Of a DNA stretch of 64,000 nt, positions 60,401 to 64,000 are shown in pieces. Under the pieces are notes generated by a model. It was not told the DNA's origin. It worked only from the letters and a program-made list of their open reading frames with translations, and did no database searches. The stretch lies in assembly GCF_009914755.1 (NCBI RefSeq), contig NC_060926.1; one strand, written 5' to 3'. The position numbers and the translations under genes were made by a program. This DNA comes from the human T2T-CHM13v2.0 reference genome, Homo sapiens. Each line of letters starts with the position of its first letter. Position 1 is the stretch's first letter.

Positions 60401-62472
60401 ACATTTGATGTTTGTTGTGATTTGTTAGGTGTTCACACCTAAACCAAATTGAGGTAATTCTGTTTGGCAGATTAATTGTATGAGAAGAAAACTTTGTTGG
60501 CGGAAAATTGACACTTATCTATTCAGCTTTTAATGACCTGGTTTAGAAAGCAGCTTAATGCTTACCATGCCTATGATGTATATGGTGACAACTATCCTGT
60601 TCTAATGGAGAGGAAGAAGCACATTTCTTTTAATAAATGTATGTCATTTATATTCAATACATTTTTTCTTAATTCAAAGAGATTTTGAACAAAATCTTGT
60701 TTCCATCATGATTGCCTGCTTTTCCAAATTTAATTCTATTTCCTGCTTATTGACAAAATGTTTTTTGTAAATACTGAGATTTATTGTTCCTCAATTTTAA
60801 AAAGTAAAAATTATTTCATGACATCTTTATGAACCTGATTTAATGTGCTAATGACTACTTGCATGTCATATACTTCTGCCTTTCAGTCAAGAGCTTAGTT
60901 GTAGCAGTTGACCCATTTTCTGAAAATAAAATTGTTAATGGTGAAACTGTGTCTATCTCATCATTTTTCTGAGCACATTACAAACAAAACTCTGGAAATA
61001 TTCCATGTAAAAGTGTTTCCTTGTGAGATAAAATAAGGAATTATTTGGAGCTTCAAAATAAACATTAATGTATTAAAAATATGAGGAATACCATTATAAC
61101 ATTGTTTAAATATGTTTAGTCCTATGGAACCATTTTGAGTGTGTGTGTAAAACACCTCATATGTTTCATAGAACTAGTGTTTTTCAGAACTCATTTTTGG
61201 AAATGTTTTTCTACATATATTACTGACTTTTATTTCTGCACGTGATATTATTGATGATGCCTTACTCACCTGCACATGTTTATAAACAAAACAAAACAGT
61301 GGAAGACTTGTGATTCTTTTTGACACTGAACAGATGTGAAATTTATTCCCTTATTAGTGCCTGCAGGACGTACAGGTAAACCTGTTAAAGGTCTGTTGCT
61401 TGTTCTTCTAAAGTCTTAAATTTAAATTTACAAGTAACCCCAGGTTTTTTCACAAAGGAGTAACTACAGTCCTCTTAGCCATATGCCAAGATATTAGATG
61501 TTTGTGTTTCTTTAACAAGCTTCTGGACATTATGGGTGTAGATCCTTTCCATTTTTTCACTTGTAATCTGACTTAGAAGGCTGATGGATCATACTGGCCA
61601 AGAGAGTAAAACATTGTTTGATCCTTTCAATGCACACAGTGGCTTTTCCCACCAAATGTGTAACAACCGAAACATTTGGAGATCTAGCACATCTTACTTC
61701 CAACCAGTGAAGGAGAACAGAATATGGAAAGGGAAAAAGACGCTTAATAGGAGGTGGGTTCTAATTTTTTAAAAAAGAAAAAAATATGAATCGTAAAGAA
61801 AGGTAGATGAAGTAGCTAAGTGACTGGAAAGACTTCCTACAGTTAATTTCCTAGGAGTTATGGAAATATTAAAGTTTGAAAAATGACTACTTAATCTTTA
61901 TTATCTTTTAAATTAACATCATTGCCTACTTTTTCTTATAGAAAACACTTGTATTTTTCAAGTGTATTTGTAAGAATTTAAAGTCATAACATCTAACTGC
62001 CTTTGGTAACTTTGAGGGTTCATTTTTACACCTTTGAATAATTACAGTATATCTCTGTGTGTAATGTTTTTAGTCTATAGATGGTTACTTGGTGTGTGGA
62101 TCTGTAGATGTTATGCAATAATTTGTAGCCCTTAGAGTCCAATGGATTGGAACTAGCAAAAGCAATGGCTGTGCATCAAGAATTAATTGACTAGAGTTTA
62201 GTTTAGATGTTTGCAGGGACCTAATTATGGAGGAGTGTAAAATTTATCTTGAAAATTCCAAGGAAACATTGAAGGATGGTAGATAGGTGGGTGGCAGAAT
62301 CAAGATTTGCAGTTATAAGCTATCAATGCCAGAGAGCAGAGCAAGGACTGGGGAAAACAGTGTAGGAATGAATGAAGTGTTAGTCCAATTTTCAAGGCAA
62401 AGGGTTATTAGTCTCTGACACTAATGGAATGAAGACGAAGGTATACATTTTAACACTCTTTTGAAAGCAAAA

Positions 62473-62511
62473 TATTAGGTCGGAGCAATAGTAATTGTGG
62501 TTTTTGCCATT
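62473..62511 (+). mobile_element. MADE1 half element (Hsmar1 MITE)
   Basis: tattaggtcggagcaatagtaattgtggtttttgccatt matches the MADE1 left arm; right arm absent. Confidence 0.8.
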
Positions 62512-63494
62512 GTACATAAGATTTGATGACAATGTAGAGAGTTGAGTGAAAGGAAGAAATACTGTATAACTTGAAGAACTGACATTTGCAAGTTAAGAAA
62601 TTTGAGAGAGGAGCAGCTTTAGCACTCATGAAAATAAGGGCTTATTTCTATGTGTCTAATTTGTGGCAGCTTTAAGAGCTAACCAGTGGCAGTAGTCCCT
62701 GCTGATCATACTTTATGCGCTTGTGTTACATCAGATTTTATATATTATGTTCTATTAAACTTATCAGATCTAACATTGCAGCTTTTTAAAAGGTAAATTA
62801 AAATCTTCAGTTTACATTCAGTGCACTTAATGTGTGTTATTGCTACTTTGTCTAGCATCTAGCTTATTTAGAACTTGCTGACCTCCCTCTGTGCTTCTCA
62901 GGAGAATCATTTGCTGTAGGTAAATAATTAAATAAATCCTTGTGGATTCCTATCTGATCATCTTGCTCAAGCAATAGGCAATCCTTTTGCAAATAAGTGC
63001 CTGCAAATCCCTGGGAAATCCCGTTTGGCTTTCCATGTGGGTGTTTGCATTTCTGTTATGTGGAGGATCACTGAAACCACTTGTTGATCCTCAGGGTTAT
63101 TGGGTTACTTAATAGGTGAAAGGAGGTCTGTGGAGAGAATTCACAGTGGAAAGTGAAGATTTTTAATTCCAAACAGCATGTTCAGAATACTACCACGCTC
63201 ATGGTAGTAGGCTGTCAGCCTTCGCATCTGTGTAGTAATAAAGCCCAACTAATTTGGAACATTCTGTCTCCAGGGAAGGATGAAGAGGGAGCTATAAGAC
63301 AGACTGTAACCTTGAAGGAGAGCAGCTATGGAGCATTATCATTTTCTCTGTTCCTCTTCTTTCTTTCTCTGGGAGGGAGATGCTAGTCATGTAACCTATG
63401 GTTTGCGGTTTTTTATCAAAGAGGGGAGATGAGAATCTCATTCTGAATATCATCCATAATTTTTGTTGATATGCTGCAGTGTAGATCATGGGAT

Positions 63495-63752
63495 ATGTAT
63501 GTGTGTGTGTGTGTGTATGTATATATCATATACATATCTATATATATGATACATATACATATATACATATATACATGATATATATACATATACATATCAT
63601 ATATACATAAATACACATATATACATATATGATCCAAGTATATATGTATCCACAAACACACACACACATATATACACACACACACACACGTATATACACA
63701 AATACACACACACACACATATATATGTGTATATATATATATACACACACACA
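63495..63752. repeat. Compound (TG)n/(TA)n/(CA)n alternating purine-pyrimidine tract
   Basis: About 260 bp of TG, TACA/TATA and CA runs. Confidence 0.95.
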
Positions 63753-64000
63753 CTTGGGTCAATTCATTTTCATTTTGACATCCACCACTGGAGTGGTTGG
63801 ATAATACTTGAAGGACTTTAATCAGTGATCTAAGTTCTGGAGGCAGCTGGGGCAAGATTTCAAATTGCTGTTTACATCTGTACCAGTGGGTTAATTAGCA
63901 CAAAAAGTATTAGAAATAGTGTTTCCCTGATGAAACAAGTGGTGTTCATCATATGCAGCTGGCTAGAAATATGGTTTGGAAATCTCTGCCTTGCCAGCTG

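Noticed and set aside
62473-62511. Possible miR-548-type hairpin
   Set aside because: Only one MADE1 arm is present, so there is no stem-loop.
63416-63855. Cys/Val/Tyr/Ile-rich ORFs
   Set aside because: Translation of the dinucleotide microsatellite.

Overview
This is AT-rich primate (very probably human) genomic DNA. It has no CpG island, no recognisable multi-exon coding sequence, no RNA genes and no CRISPR array. Most of the window is interspersed repeat: about 14 Alus, three large L1 fragments (L1PA10-like, an old L1M, and an internally deleted L1MA3/4-like element), ERV1/MaLR/ERVL solo LTRs, MER44/MER20/MER5/MER94/MADE DNA transposons, many L2/MIR relics and microsatellites. The T/G-rich + strand and the mostly antisense orientation of L1s and LTRs suggest a large intron of a + strand gene, which I cannot identify. 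The listed ORFs are repeat-derived or chance. I found no clearly novel biological system. The best leads are: (i) an 18-nt microexon candidate with a branch point, a UGC-containing pyrimidine tract and a GT donor (62902-62919); (ii) an in-frame antisense-AluY exon candidate folded against an inverted AluSc (45301-45465); (iii) a decayed protein-like reading frame interrupted by a TSD-flanked L1 ORF1/HAL1-like insert (23452-24123); (iv) a CpG-retaining bZIP motif cluster (59835-59965). Repeat subfamily names are from recall of consensus sequences, not from a RepeatMasker run.
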